Assembly (NCBI GenBank): GCA_964036045.1
Contig: OZ038379.1
Span: 9,052,001 to 9,116,000 of the forward strand
Length of the DNA: 64,000 nucleotides
DNA from: Eutreptiella sp. 'Long Island Sound 2002'
Taxonomy: Eukaryota > Protista > Euglenida
Direction of reading: 5' to 3'
Shown here: positions 24,852 through 37,023 of the stretch, piece after piece
Numbering within the stretch: position 1 is the stretch's first letter
How the letters are laid out: every line of letters starts with the position of its first letter
Position numbers and translations under genes: made by a program
The notes under the pieces: generated by a model
Told to the model about the DNA's origin: nothing
The model's input: only the letters and a program-made list of their open reading frames with translations
Database searches by the model: none

Positions 24852-25301
24852 GTCCTTCTGCACGTGGCATTGCACAAGCAGGAGCTTCCGCTCAGCAACA
24901 AAGCGCTTCTGGGCCTGGGCCCCTTCGTTGAGAAGTGCGCCAGGCATTTTACAGAGGCCTCACAACGTGCGGCTCCTTCGCGGCTGCAGAGGTCTGTGGC
25001 CGCGGTGCTCCGGCAGATGAACGTGAAGTTTGTTGAAGAGGTCGTGTTGTCTGACGCTGGGGGGTACAGTGCGGACATTCTGCTGCAGAAGCGGCGCGTT
25101 GTTGTGGAGGTGGACGGCCCATCACATTTTGTGCAGGGCCCCGGGGGCTTTGCGGCTTCGGGGGCGACGTTGTTGAAGCGACGGCAGCTGCAGTGCTTTG
25201 GGTACGACGTTGTGTCTGTGCCGTTCTGGGAGTGGTACGGAATGGCAAAGGCAAAACGGCGGAGGTACCTGCGGGGGCTGGGCCTCGGGGATACACCATG
25301 A
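24852..25301 (+). CDS. RAP-domain protein exon 2 (RAP domain). Spliced product about 909 aa
   Basis: tttctcttcag|GTC, phase 0. Contains RAP hallmarks YSADILL..RRVVVEVDGPSHF, TLLKRRQLQCFGYDVVSVPFWEW. Confidence 0.9.
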   Translation, partial: VLLHVALHKQELPLSNKALLGLGPFVEKCARHFTEASQRAAPSRLQRSVAAVLRQMNVKFVEEVVLSDAGGYSADILLQKRRVVVEVDGPSHFVQGPGGFAASGATLLKRRQLQCFGYDVVSVPFWEWYGMAKAKRRRYLRGLGLGDTP

Positions 25302-27249
25302 CATTGACCGTTGGGGCTGCCAGGGACAGGGGAGTGTGCGGGTGGAATGGTGCTGATGTCAGTGATAGGTCGTTGGGAAAAGCGATGAGGGGACCTTAAA
25401 GTGCCTTAATGGGCAGTGCCGTCGTGCTGAGGCGGTAACCGGGACCCCAGCCCCTCTGTCTACCCCCCCCCCCCCTCTTCAGGGGGCCAAAACATTTGGG
25501 GGATGTCGGTGTCGGGGTCGCCCCCCATGCTTGACACTTGGGCTGATCATATGCAGTTTGACCCATCCTCACCTTTGGGGAATCTGTGCACTGCATGTGC
25601 ACTGCGCACTACGTCTAGACCGTACCCCCTGATTTTGCAATCGTTTTTCGCCCAATCGAACGCCACATCAAAGTCGCAAAGTCACGTGCACTTCCATGTC
25701 CTTTCATCGGCGCTTCGTCTCCGTTTCCGGTTGTTGTTGACGGTGCACTGTCTTGGCTTCATTGTGTGTTCTAGATTGCCCTTGTGTCCACCCTGGGTGC
25801 TGGCGTGTGCGTGCATGGGCCCATACTTTGCTGGTTCAGTTCCTGGAGGAAGGTTTTCCCAGACAAACCAGTTTCAGTCACCTTCCCACTACTTCCTCCT
25901 GAGGCACATGGCTATGACCTCATGGAGCCGCTCTGCCAGGGCACAGGCAGACAACAATGTGTCAACTGCAACTGTTCTGATATCCTAGCGATTCATTCAT
26001 CATGCCTTTTGTTGTATTTGCACCGCTCTTCATTGATATCATCATTATTGTTCATAAATGAGGCTGCCGGCTGCATCGTTATATTCGTCTGTATTTTGCC
26101 TCCCATGCCTCCCGTTTCAGATTTTTCTTTGACTTTCTTCGTTTCAGCACTTTTTTGACTGCTGGGAAAGAGATGACACGACCCAAAAAAGAACATGCAG
26201 TCTTTGACTGAAAGGCTGGTGGGGAGGGGGGGGGATTGTCTACTTCAACAAGGATCTGTAGCACTGTGCCGGCGCTCGCCCTTTGTGGTACCCGAGACTT
26301 GAGCCCCACGTCGCTTGTTATCTGCGTCACTGCTCTCCATCTGTAGCCCCACCCGCAGCCAGTCCTTCCTCCGTCGCCTCTGCCCTTGCCCCCACTACAG
26401 TCGCTGCTTCCCTCAGGCACAGGCGCTGCACAGATCCTCAGGCAGGCGCAGGACACAAGACTTCACTTACCATGCCCACCTCCCCCATCTGCCGCCCCAT
26501 CACAGCAACACCAGAGCAGAGGTGTAGTGTAATGGCTGCACACCTCCGCTGTTGATCCGTTGCCGGGCATATGTGCCAGATGAAGAAGCTGTGTGTGCAA
26601 CTCCGATGGGGCCGTTGCAACATCGATAATTAACATGCACACAAAAGGACTGCGATTGGACACTGGAAAGATACGGACGAGGTGGCGGAGGTAGTCACTG
26701 CAATGATCCAATTCGGCAGGGCGATGCAGCCAATGCACACAGTCCCCCTGCACAGGAGGGAATCCGAACAGCAGTGCCCACCTGCCAATGCATCCAGCCC
26801 ACAGCTCCAAGACCAAGGGGCAGGCATGCGGATAGGCAGTAATGTTGGGATGGACAGTCGTGCCATTGTGGTGCCGTGTGCAGTGCCAAGGCGTCGTCAA
26901 TCACAATTAGTTGGCTGCAGGCACTTTCGATGAGATCAAGCCTTGAAATCGCATTATTGCCTGGAGGGTTCGGGTTGTGGAGGATTTTTGGGAAGTCCAG
27001 ATTTGCAGGCCCTCCTCTCTTGTCCGGGAAGATGTTGGCCAGACTTTCTAATGCAATTCAAGGTCGAGCTTTACTCACTGGTACGTTGAATTTCCAGTCC
27101 TACATGGTCCGGAGCATGTGTCTTCTGATATGTGTATTTTTTTTTGTGGCAAACGCATGTAGCAAAAAAAATCGCCATGTTGTGTAACTTGTTTTTTTTT
27201 TTGGCGGTAAGTCGTGTAAACTCGTACTCGCATTGCCGCAGGTAAAAAT

Positions 27250-27722
27250 TACACAACGTGACAATCTCTTTACACGCGTTTACTGCGAAACAAAAAATTA
27301 CACGAATTTACATCAAAAAATAGACAATTTTACTGCAAAGAAAAACATTCACAATTTTGCTGAAAACAATATGTATGCATGTCGCCAACCTGCCCACTTG
27401 TGGGCCACCAATGATTTTTTCTCCCGCTCTGAAGCGTTGGGGACCACCCAGACGGCAGGGGTTATGTAGCCACTAGGCCCACTTGTGGGCCACTGCTGTT
27501 TTGGAATTACACGACATGACAATTTCTTTTACACGTGTTTACCGCAAAACAAAAATTAAACGACCTTCCTGCAAAGAAACAGATTACCAATTTTACTGAA
27601 AATGTAGGCATGTAACCAATGTGCCCAGCTGTGCGCCACTGCCAATTTTGCCCTCCGCTCTGAAGCATCGGGGACCAGCCAGGTAGGGGTTATGTAGCCA
27701 CCCGGCCCACCTGTGGGTCACC
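27250..27722 (+). repeat. Degenerate tandem duplication (period about 230-260 bp) of a dispersed repeat; third partial copy at 40645-40742
   Basis: gctctgaagc(g/a)t(t/c)ggggacc...ggggtt(a/t)tgtagccac..ggcccac is shared at about 27427, 27657 and 40686. Confidence 0.75.
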
Positions 27723-27771
27723 GCTTTGCCTTTGGGGGCTGGGAGATGGGTTGACGGACAAGGATATCTTG

Positions 27772-29490
27772 CAGGGCTAGGCCCATATTCCGGTCCCGTA
27801 ATATCCGGAATGTTCCGGAATATTTAGATTCCGGAATATCTGTAATACCCGGAACATTCCGTAATACCGATCACGGTTGGGGGCTTGAAATTTGTGCCAC
27901 ATGGACACACGGGGGGGTGTCACTGTGACAGTGATAATGATAGTAACAGTAACTGTGATGTTTAGACAGCTGCACAATGTTTGCGTGCCCTGTGCACTTT
28001 GTACTTGCTGCATGCAGTGTCAATGCACAACATAGAGATGAGACGCGGTGTCAACGGACACTGTGTTCTCTGTAGGCATTCAAGACAGACATCCATTGGC
28101 AGCAGCACGATGTACTACACCCTGTTGCCCCTTGCAGCTGCCTTTTCACACCAGCAATGACTGAGGGGCATCACGCAGCTAGTGCAGTGTCACTTACAGA
28201 GGACCAAAATTCAGATGTTGGGGATGAACATGATGAGCCGGAGGAGCCTGCGACGAAGAAGTGCAATACGAGGGGTTGCAAGGGTGAGGCCAACAGCAAG
28301 AAGCTCGCCACGTGTTACAACGCTGAACAAAGAGTTCGTGATTTCAAAAAGGGGGAGTTGTACGTACATGCGGAGTGTATGTTTTACAGTGTGGCTACTT
28401 GGTGCGACATGATCACAAAAATTTTGGGAAGAAGCATCTTGATTCTGACAAGCATCAGTGTAATGTGCGAGCTGGCAAACAATTTGGATCTCATGCGGGA
28501 CGCCTTGCATTTGTAAAAGTGGAACAGGCAGCGGAACAGGAGTCGTCCTCGCAGTCATGCTTGCAATATGCAGCCGAGCGGTCGTCACAGCAGTCTCCAC
28601 AGCCCGTGAAACAAACTGCGCCAAACACAATTGCTGCAATGATGAAGAAACAAATGGTTGCCGACAACATCAATGCCGACTTCGGAGCAGCTTTTTTGCA
28701 GTCTGGCATTCCGGTGGAGAAACTGGACCATCCCTCCATCAAGGGCCTGTTCCGAAAGTATGTCGATGTGCATGGGATGTTGCACAGTGGTTCGTGGCAA
28801 CACAAGGATACCAGTGTGAAGCGGTTTCAGAAGGAGCACGTTACAACGGTGAAGGCTGATCTGCAGGTCACAGAAGATGATGTTCTGATTTTCATTACGT
28901 TTGATGAGTGGACTGACTGTGGCGGAAGGTGTATCATCAACATGTTGGCACAACGCAATGGCAAGTCGTATGTTGTTGCTTCCAGGGAACTGGAGTGCAA
29001 GGGCCCCAACAATGGTCCGGAGAACAGTGAGCCGTCGCAAGTTGTCCATGACGCACTGCACTGATTGAACTGGGCCTGACGTTTGCAGCACATATTGTAT
29101 TTGAAACTGACGGTGATGGTGTGGTGGGTTGTGTAGTTAACTCACTTTTGTTGTTGTACCCCAACACTCGCAAGACGATCCGCATCAGCCACATGTTAAA
29201 CAATTGTGGGAAGGCTGCATTGGAAGCTGTGGGGTATGACGATGTTCAAACCGTATGGAGAGATGGCCGGAGTTTTCTTCACGCAAAGAAGCATGGGGCC
29301 CGACGAAGCCGTTGGTTTGCGGATGGTTGAATCTGGCACCACACTGGACAACATGGCTTGGTGCCGTCGCCACATTTTTGTGGTCAATGGTGATGACAAA
29401 GAGGGATTGCACTGTTTTGTGTGTGCCTTCCATTGTCGTGTCCGGTTGGAGCGTTTCATTATTTGGGTTTGGGAACCCCTAAGCTCCATT
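27772..29490 (+). mobile_element. Decayed hAT-superfamily (CGGBP1/DUF659-like) DNA transposon, 3'-truncated
   Basis: CAGGG-starting end with clustered TTCCGGAA subterminal motifs (27787-27860). Frameshifted ORF pieces read AEQRVRDFKKGELYV, KHLDSDKH, AFLQSGIPVEKLDHPSIKGLF, ITFDEWTDCGGRCIINML, FETDG, LYPN..ISHMLN. No matching right TIR was found. Confidence 0.7.
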
Positions 29491-30587
29491 CATATTATCC
29501 GTTCTTTCTTGACGGCAATCTAGAAGCTTTGCTTAACCACCAAGCACCGGGAAGGTTGGTTTTGTGGTTTTCAGAGCTTGCAGATCACAAACCGGGTGGT
29601 GGATCACCAGAGTTCTTTGTTGGATGTGCCCCTCACCCCAATGGGTCCCAATTTTGTGGACTATGTATTGCGTATTGTTAATGCTGATCGCGCTGTACGG
29701 GTTATTGAACCGCCCGGTGATGATTTGGAGGGTCTGACTGAGCTCCCTTGCCCTCCAGAACCCCCCCCCCCCCCCCGCACCCAAGTTGAGGGTGCATTTT
29801 CGGGCACCAAGGAGAGCTTTTAGGCCACCCCCACCCCACTCGAAGGCAAGGAGACCCCCGCCAAGCAAAGCGTGGAAGGCCCGGAGGCTAAGGCGCAACC
29901 TTCCATGGCCACTCCCATAGAGGAGGACACCCGTCCCTAGGTCCTCATCCGTGGAGAGTGGTGCAAGGTGCCGGATGGCTACGTGACAGATGCATCCAAC
30001 TAGCTAGAGCGTGACCAGCTTTTCATCAATGACTTGGCCAAGCAGCTAGTAGTGGAGTTGCGTGCCGCTTGTCAGCTTAACACCAATCCTTGGGCGGGCC
30101 GAGACTTGCTCTGCGGGGGGGTTTGGTTTGGTTTGGGTCAAGGCTTGTGCCGGACGCCTGGGCCCACGGTCAGCTCACACCTCTGTGCTGACACGACTGG
30201 GCTAGGCGAATCGCGGTTGTCCGGTCTCAAGGCCTGCTGGACTGTTGACCGCCCCCGTACCCCGTGGTGGCACACACGGGAGGGAGATGCCGCCGTGCCT
30301 GTGTGTGTGGCGCGCGCGGGGCAGGGGGGCAGGGCGTGCATGCTGGTGGCGCTTGCAGGGCATGACGGGTCACACGGCTACACCGCGCCTGGCCCTGCCC
30401 GCTGGCGCCGGTGCCGCTCTGGTGTTTCACGCCCCCCCCGCTGCGGCTTGGTCCGTCTGCGTTCGCGGCCGTGGGCTCTGTTCGCAGGGGAGGGTGCGTT
30501 GGGGGGGGGGGGGGGCACACTGGTCCTACCTCTGCCTCCCTGAGCACGTGGAAGAACCAGGAGTCGCTTTGGGTTGTGGCTGGCAGT

Positions 30588-33500
30588 TCACTGTGTGGGC
30601 TCGGGTGCCGGCTGGAGGGCCCAGCGGTGGCCCACACCGGCAGAGGCAAATAGCCACAGTGGGCCCAGGGCATAAGGCTGCAGTGGCAGTGGGAGAGTCA
30701 GGGCTTGGTCCCCAGGAGGTACGGCCGTAAGCAAGGACACGCCAGCCCCCGGGGGCTGCTCACCTGACTCCGCCAATAGGGCGATTGCCCAGTAGAGGGT
30801 CTCTGGCGGTGATACTATAAGGCGTATCGGCGGTCCTGGGTGCCAGCGCGGCTCCACCGGTAGAGAAACATGGAGCTGACCTGCACTGCACACGTGCCAC
30901 GACGCCAGGCCCCGCACCAGGTAGGCCGCCGCCAAGGTATATACCCAGGGCATGTAGCTCTGAGGGTCACGGATGGTGACCGCTGGGGGCTGTGGCGGTG
31001 GCTGGTCTGGGGAGCAAAGCGGGTACGGCAGTGAGGCCCAGAGGGCCAGCACCTCAGGCGGGGACGGTGCAGGCCGGGGCAACAGGCTTACAATTACTCG
31101 TGCGGCCCGTCGCTTAGTGGCGGCGGAGAGGACGGCCTGGTCGCTGTCGGACATGAGGAACCAGAGGCCAGAGAGCGTGAGTACGTTGCCATTGTCGGCG
31201 TGGCCTTTCACGTAGTGGGCGTCCCAGGAGCATTGCAGAACAGGATGTCGGTTCTGGTCGAGGAGTACTCCGTCGGCGGTGACGGCGGCCCCACTGGTCG
31301 GGGTAACATCGAGGAGGAGCAAGGCACGGGCGTGAAGGAGATGTAGGTACGCGGCGGGGCAGCGGCTGCGGACGTGTCTCCAAAGCTGGTGCTCCGAGAC
31401 GCCGCAGAAATGGCACTCCATGGCGATGTCGGGGTCTGGGGGTGGCTGCCACTCCAACGCTCGGTACGCGAGCGCACGTTTGATGGCGCGTGTGGGCAGT
31501 TCGCCGGACTCTAGGAGGTCGTAGAAGGGGCCCCCATCCGGTCGGAGGCACGAGGCGCGGCGGCCGGTGAAGTAGGCTGCAGCTGCGGCGTCGTCGTACG
31601 CTCGGTCGAGACCAATCTGCGGCTCAAGCAGCAGGGCCCCTTGGTAGTACAGCAGCAGGGGCGAGGGGAGGTGCTGGGGGAGGGGGACCGCCCATGGGGT
31701 TGGGGTCGAGGCGCCACGGGCGGCGAGCTGGTGGGCTTCGCGGTTGAGGAGGGCCAGCACGTGTGTGTCCTGGGTGTCATGCTGGGTAGGACACCACACC
31801 TCATGGTGGGCTCGAAAGTGGAGGAGGGTGGGGGCGAGGCTCCGCCAAATGAGTTCCAGAATGGTGAGCTTGGGGGGGAATCGGGTGTAGGCGCGGTGGA
31901 GCGCGGAGGTGCCGTCAAGGGCTGACGTGAGGCACCCTCGCCAACCCTGCAGGAGGTGCAGGGCCACCAGGCGGGCCAGCCACTCCATGCCTGTGGGGGT
32001 GGCCCACACGCGAAGGCCGTACCAAGCGCGGAGGACTATGCCCGTGCCTGGGGCATAGAAGACCATGCCCCCGCCTCCGTGGCATTGGTGGAGGGCGGCA
32101 TCAGTGGAGACGATGAGGTGCAAGTGGGCGTGCAGGAGGGCGGGGTCGGCGTCAAAGCAGATTGGCATAGCGCGGACAGAGGAGTCTAGGAGGACGGCTG
32201 CAAGGGGGTGTGCTTCACTGCCCGCGACGCTAGTGGAGCTGAGGTATCGGGCCGACACGTGAGCTAGCAGGCTCCGGGAGCAAGTGGCTTGCGTGTAGGT
32301 GAGGAGGAGGCGGCACGCGGTGCGGAGGGGCAGGTTGGGCAGCCCGGGCCCCCGTAGCGGGGGGGCAGGGACAGGAGGGCGCGGGAGACCCAGCACGGAA
32401 GGCCCAGGACATGGCGGTAGAAGGCCCGGGTCTGAATGGCCAGCTCCTCGATGTGCTGTGGGGGAATGGCAACACCTGAGGCGATGAAGTCCAGCTGGGA
32501 CAGGACAAAGGCCCACAGGGAGCGTAGCGCCAGGATGGTGTTCGTGGGGACGGCATCGACGCGGAGGCACATCCGCCGGGCCTGCTTGGCGAGGTCGGCA
32601 TAAGCCTGTGGGGGCTGGAGCGCATGGGACAGGGGGATGCCAACAACCTAGGGGCAGTCGCGGGAGGTGTCGGTGAGGTAGAAGGGCACTAGGGATGATA
32701 GCTGGACTGGTCCGGTTTCCCCTAGTCGGAGAGCAAAAAAGCGGAGCTTATCCATGTGGACAAGGCCGCCCTTGGCTACTGTGGCCCGAGTGCAGAGGCG
32801 GGTCAGGGCCACCAGGGAGGGAAGGGTGGGGCTTACCAAGCGGCGATCATCGGAGTACGACAAGTTGTTGATGGGGATGCCGGTGGGGCCTGGGGGTACC
32901 TGGACGTCGGTGGGGTGGGGCAGGCTGCCACTAACCACCAGTTCGCCGACTTGGTAGGTGTCACCAGAGGGGTTGTCGCCCTGGTTCCACCCCTCATCGG
33001 TGACATAGGGCGGGGCGAACCCGTCCTCCGCCAAGGGATGTATGCGGAGGCGCCCGTAGTATTTAACGGCCCACGGGCCGAAATCCTAGGGCAGCTGGAG
33101 GATGCTGTGGAGGGGGGTGCAGTCCTCCTGCTGTTGGCGGAGGAATGCGTCTGCTGAGTCCCACTCCGTGATGGCCGCTGTGCCGTGGGTCTCCAGGCTA
33201 GAGAAGACGGCTGCCCGGAAGGAGAGCGCTAAAAATGCCGGCCGCATGTCGGAGCGGTAGGCAAAGGCGTCGGGGGGAAGGGTGCCCGATACCTCGAGGG
33301 AATGCACCAACATGGTGCGGGCGGCGCGGGACTCGGTGCGAGTGAGGGGGGAGGTGGGGGTGACGGGACGGTGGGCTTTGAAGAGGTGGGGGAAGGGTTT
33401 ACCCTTGTCGATGCCCATCATGACGGAGTCGAGGGAGAGGGAGTCCATGCCGGCGTCTACGAGCTGGAGGTGGCACTGCACACCCTGGACTCCGCCGTGG

Positions 33501-35794
33501 CGCAGGTGGTGCAGGAGTGCCTGCGGGCACTGATCCAGGCCCGCGAACAGGGAGCCGGCTGTGGTGGCCGATGCCCAGACGCGATCGTCACGAAGGACGG
33601 GTCCTGCCGCGATGGATCGGCTGTAGAGGCCTCGGTGCTGGCAGTCTCGGGGGTCCAGACCTGCAGCCAGCAGGTCGCCGAGCAGGGGGGCTGGGATGTG
33701 CGCGATGGGGTCGAAATACTGGTCCCACTTGGTCGGGTCGTACACGGCCGTGAGAAAGTCGCGGTCCAGGGTGTGGCCCCGATGTGCTGTGGTGGCGGCC
33801 GCTTGGTCATGGATTTCCTGAAGGCGGGCACTGGGAGAGGACAATGTGGCGCCGATGTCGGGTAGGATGCCGCTGTAGGGGCAGAGTGGCTTGGAGGGGC
33901 GGCAGAGGGCACCCTTGGTGGCTGAGGTAATGGAGGTGGTGCGCAGGACGTCGTCTGGACGTTCCACGCCGTGGCGCGCGGCTGTGCTGGCCAGAAAGTC
34001 GCGCAAGTCCGCCAGTTCGGACTCGGTGCGGGGGGCTGAGCGGAGCCGGAGGTCTCGTAGGACGTGGTCGAGAGGTCTGGGGTCGACGGGCGGCGGCCCA
34101 CAGGGACTAGTGGTAGGCATTCGGGCCAACAGGGTATGAGGAGAGCCAGCCCCACAAAAGATCCACCAGGGCGGCGAGGCGAGGGAGGGTACCTGGTGGC
34201 GCGTGGCGCCAGCGGATCATGCGCAAGCTGCGCACGGCGGTGAGGCCCTCCATGGGCTCTACGGTGACCAAAAGGGGCTTGTGGGGCGTGAAGGAGGGGA
34301 GGACGTCTGCGTCGGGGATGGACCGGGCGCCGCGGGTGAACACGTGATCAATGCATGTGGCTGTGTGGACCCCTTGGGAGGAGGAGAAGTGCGTAGGGGT
34401 GTCAGCTGGGAACGCCGGCCGGAAGCGGAGCATGCAGCCGGTGCCGCGGCATGCGGCCGCGAGCGGGTTGTGCGAGCTCTCACGGGACATGTCAAAGTCC
34501 CCTCCGATCAGTTCCAGGGCCGCGCGCAGGTAGGCAGCGAGGGTGGTGAGGTTGAGCAGGACAGCGCGACGGCCCTTGTAGTCCAAGTGGGGGTGGACGT
34601 TCACGGAGGCGAGCACGATGAAGCCGAGAGTGTGATGGCGCACCGTGGAAGCCAGGAGGTCCGGGGCGTCGTGCTCCACTCGGGGTTTCGTGGCTGGGTG
34701 CTGGAGGGAGCGGCGCCAGCCCACCATGAAGCCAGTTCCGCAGCCTTCGGCGGAGCTGGTGTGGTAGGCGTAACTTGACGGCAGGGCCTGCAGTAGCGGC
34801 TCGAACGCCCACAGTTCCTGCAGCGCAAAGCAGTCGACTTCGAGGGCAAGGCTACGCCGCCTATGTTCCACGAGAGGAAAACCAATCCGGCGTGGCGGCG
34901 CAGGTGGAGTGGTGAGAAGGCGAGGGAGTGCTGGTGGAGAGCCCAGGGGGGGGAAGGGAGAAGCAGGGTGTGGTCGGGGTGGAAGCACGATGCACCAGGG
35001 CGAACAGGGGCAGCTGGGACGCCCTGCAGGAGTGGCTGGCCAGGGGGGCGGACAAAGGAGCGCCGGGCAATGTCGGCGGTGAGGTGTGTCCGGCCTGAGC
35101 ACGGGTGAAGGCACATGGCATTGGGAAGTAGGAGGGCTGAGGGGGGGGGGGGTGCTGGATTGTGGCGGCTGGGACTTGGGGGCGGCCACAGGTCGGGCAG
35201 AACCACGCTGCGATGGAGATGGGGACTGGGGGGGCTGGAGTGAGCCACAAACGGTGGCCCGGGGCGCCATGGAGGGACGTATTGTAGTGGGCTCGGGGGG
35301 GGTGGCCAGGGGGTAAGGTGAGAGGGAGAATCATCGTAGAACCACGTCACATACCCATTGACGGTGAGGGGGATGCTGATGACAGGGTCGGGGTCACTAC
35401 TGTGGACGAGGTGCTGGGCCTGGGTCAGCCAGAGAGCGAAATGGCGACGGGTCTGAAGCATCTGTTGGGGAGGGGGCCGGGGGCTGCGCGTGGGCTCGAC
35501 GGGTGGGGGCAGGGCGGCCGTGAGCTGCGAGACGAAAGAAGCTTCGTCCAGGGAGAGGGGGGAGTCGTCTGGCGGGGGCAGCAGGACATGGCCAGAGCCG
35601 TGGCACCGGGGGCAGATCCAGGCAGCCTGGGCTCGGGCGGCGACGGTGCCGCACTGCCAACACGCGGCTGGGCACAGGCTCTCGGGGGACGGGCTGGGGG
35701 TCTGGGGTGGGGATTCTGCTCCCGGTAGGCGGGATAATAGGGACGCTGCTCGAGCGGCGAGGCTGTGCAGGTCTCGGTGCTGGGGATACGCCAA
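30588..35794 (-). pseudogene. LINE pol: Cys4 finger, AP endonuclease, RT, RNase H, CCHC knuckle, unknown C-terminal domain; disrupted
   Basis: Motifs CWQC..CPRC; FLSWNIGG / DCFALQE / GGDFD / CIDHVF; EWDSADAFLR, GWNQGD, SYSDD; STDAA, MEWLA, LDG, LNREAHQLA; CHFC..HV..C. There are TAG stops at 34107, 33086 and 32648 plus frameshifts. Confidence 0.88.
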
Positions 35795-35874
35795 GGCGCA
35801 GTCCAGGGCCAGTCGCGTGAGAGGGGTGGACGGGAGGGCGCCGGGGGGCAGGCAGAGGGGCAGGGCTAGTCAGT

Positions 35875-37023
35875 TCACACGGGACCCCTGAAATGGAGTG
35901 ACTCGGTGGGCAGTATGGGGCGCGTCTCGTGTGTGGGGCACGGTCTCGTACGTGCGGGGCGCTTGTGCGGAGGCGGAGGGAGCTCTGCTGGCGTTGGTGG
36001 AGGTGGTGAACCCCGGGGGGGGGGGTGCGCTGGGGGGGGCATGTCGCTGAGGCGGTGACCAGTGCGGCGGTTCTTGGGGGCCTTCAGGCGTTTATTGGGC
36101 GGAGGCTTGACCGGGCTGTCTGGGAGGAAGAAAGGCTCCCCTTTGGCTGTGCGGGAGTCCAGGGTGATGGTATAATGATGGTGGGGGTCGACATAGGTGC
36201 GTGTGGGGGCACTGGCGAAGAGGGTGCGAAACGGACTCGAGGGGACGGACACAAAGTGGGTGCCTTTGCGGAGGGCGTGAGCCGGGATTGCGATGGGTGC
36301 TCCTACATGGTGGGTGAGGGCGGTAGACGCTTGGGTGGCATCAGGAACCGTGCGAAGGCCCCGGAGAAGAATAACCTGTGGGGCGTCGACGGGTGCTGGG
36401 GGGAGGAGGCCGGTCGGGGAGGCCCCGGGCGCCTGAGGAGATGATGGAAAAGGTAGTGGGCAAGATGGCTGGGGCCAGGTGCCTGTTGGGGGGATTGGCG
36501 ATGGGCCAGGGGGGGGCAAGTGTGGGGGCGGGACCGATGCACGCCTTTCGAACCACGCGTAGGCCGCCGCGGGGCCGGCTGCTAGCTGTAGGGCTGTGCG
36601 AACCTCGGCGATCAGTTGGTCGAGGCCCTGCGTGCGTGTGGAGCCCTGAACCGCCGCTGAGACGGCTACGCGGAAGGTCACTGGGTCCCGTACCGCGAGA
36701 AGCAGGTCGGTCGCTTGGGGGGGGATCACGGTGGGGCGGGCGGCCAGGAGTGTGGCTGCGCCGGAGGACCAGACGAGGTCATGACGCGCGGCGGCGGTGT
36801 CGACGAGGGGTTCCAGGGTCTGGAGGGCTGCGAGCTTGTGGCACTCTATGGCGGAGGACCCGTGGAGGTCTTCTACGGTGGAGATGAGGTCGAGCAGGTT
36901 GGCTTGCAGGGAGGGGCGCAGATTGGTGGGGGATGCGTACCACACTGTTTTAACGGCTGACGCTAGGGAGCGGCCGTTCTTGACAGACCGCAGGGTAGTC
37001 ATGGCGCTCTCGGGGATGGACAT
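35875..37023 (-). CDS. LINE ORF-B (382 aa, ORF1/gag-like, Pro-rich); may be frameshift-joined to pol
   Basis: Helical N-terminal half, Pro-rich linkers, a VILLRGL segment that is possibly RRM-like, and a basic KRLKAPKNRR stretch. Confidence 0.6.
   Translation of the reverse strand: MSIPESAMTTLRSVKNGRSLASAVKTVWYASPTNLRPSLQANLLDLISTVEDLHGSSAIECHKLAALQTLEPLVDTAAARHDLVWSSGAATLLAARPTVIPPQATDLLLAVRDPVTFRVAVSAAVQGSTRTQGLDQLIAEVRTALQLAAGPAAAYAWFERRASVPPPHLPPPGPSPIPPTGTWPQPSCPLPFPSSPQAPGASPTGLLPPAPVDAPQVILLRGLRTVPDATQASTALTHHVGAPIAIPAHALRKGTHFVSVPSSPFRTLFASAPTRTYVDPHHHYTITLDSRTAKGEPFFLPDSPVKPPPNKRLKAPKNRRTGHRLSDMPPPAHPPPRGSPPPPTPAELPPPPHKRPARTRPCPTHETRPILPTESLHFRGPV

Noticed and set aside
10359-25301. 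Euglenid non-conventional (non GT-AG) introns
   Set aside because: All five introns I could define are canonical GT-AG.
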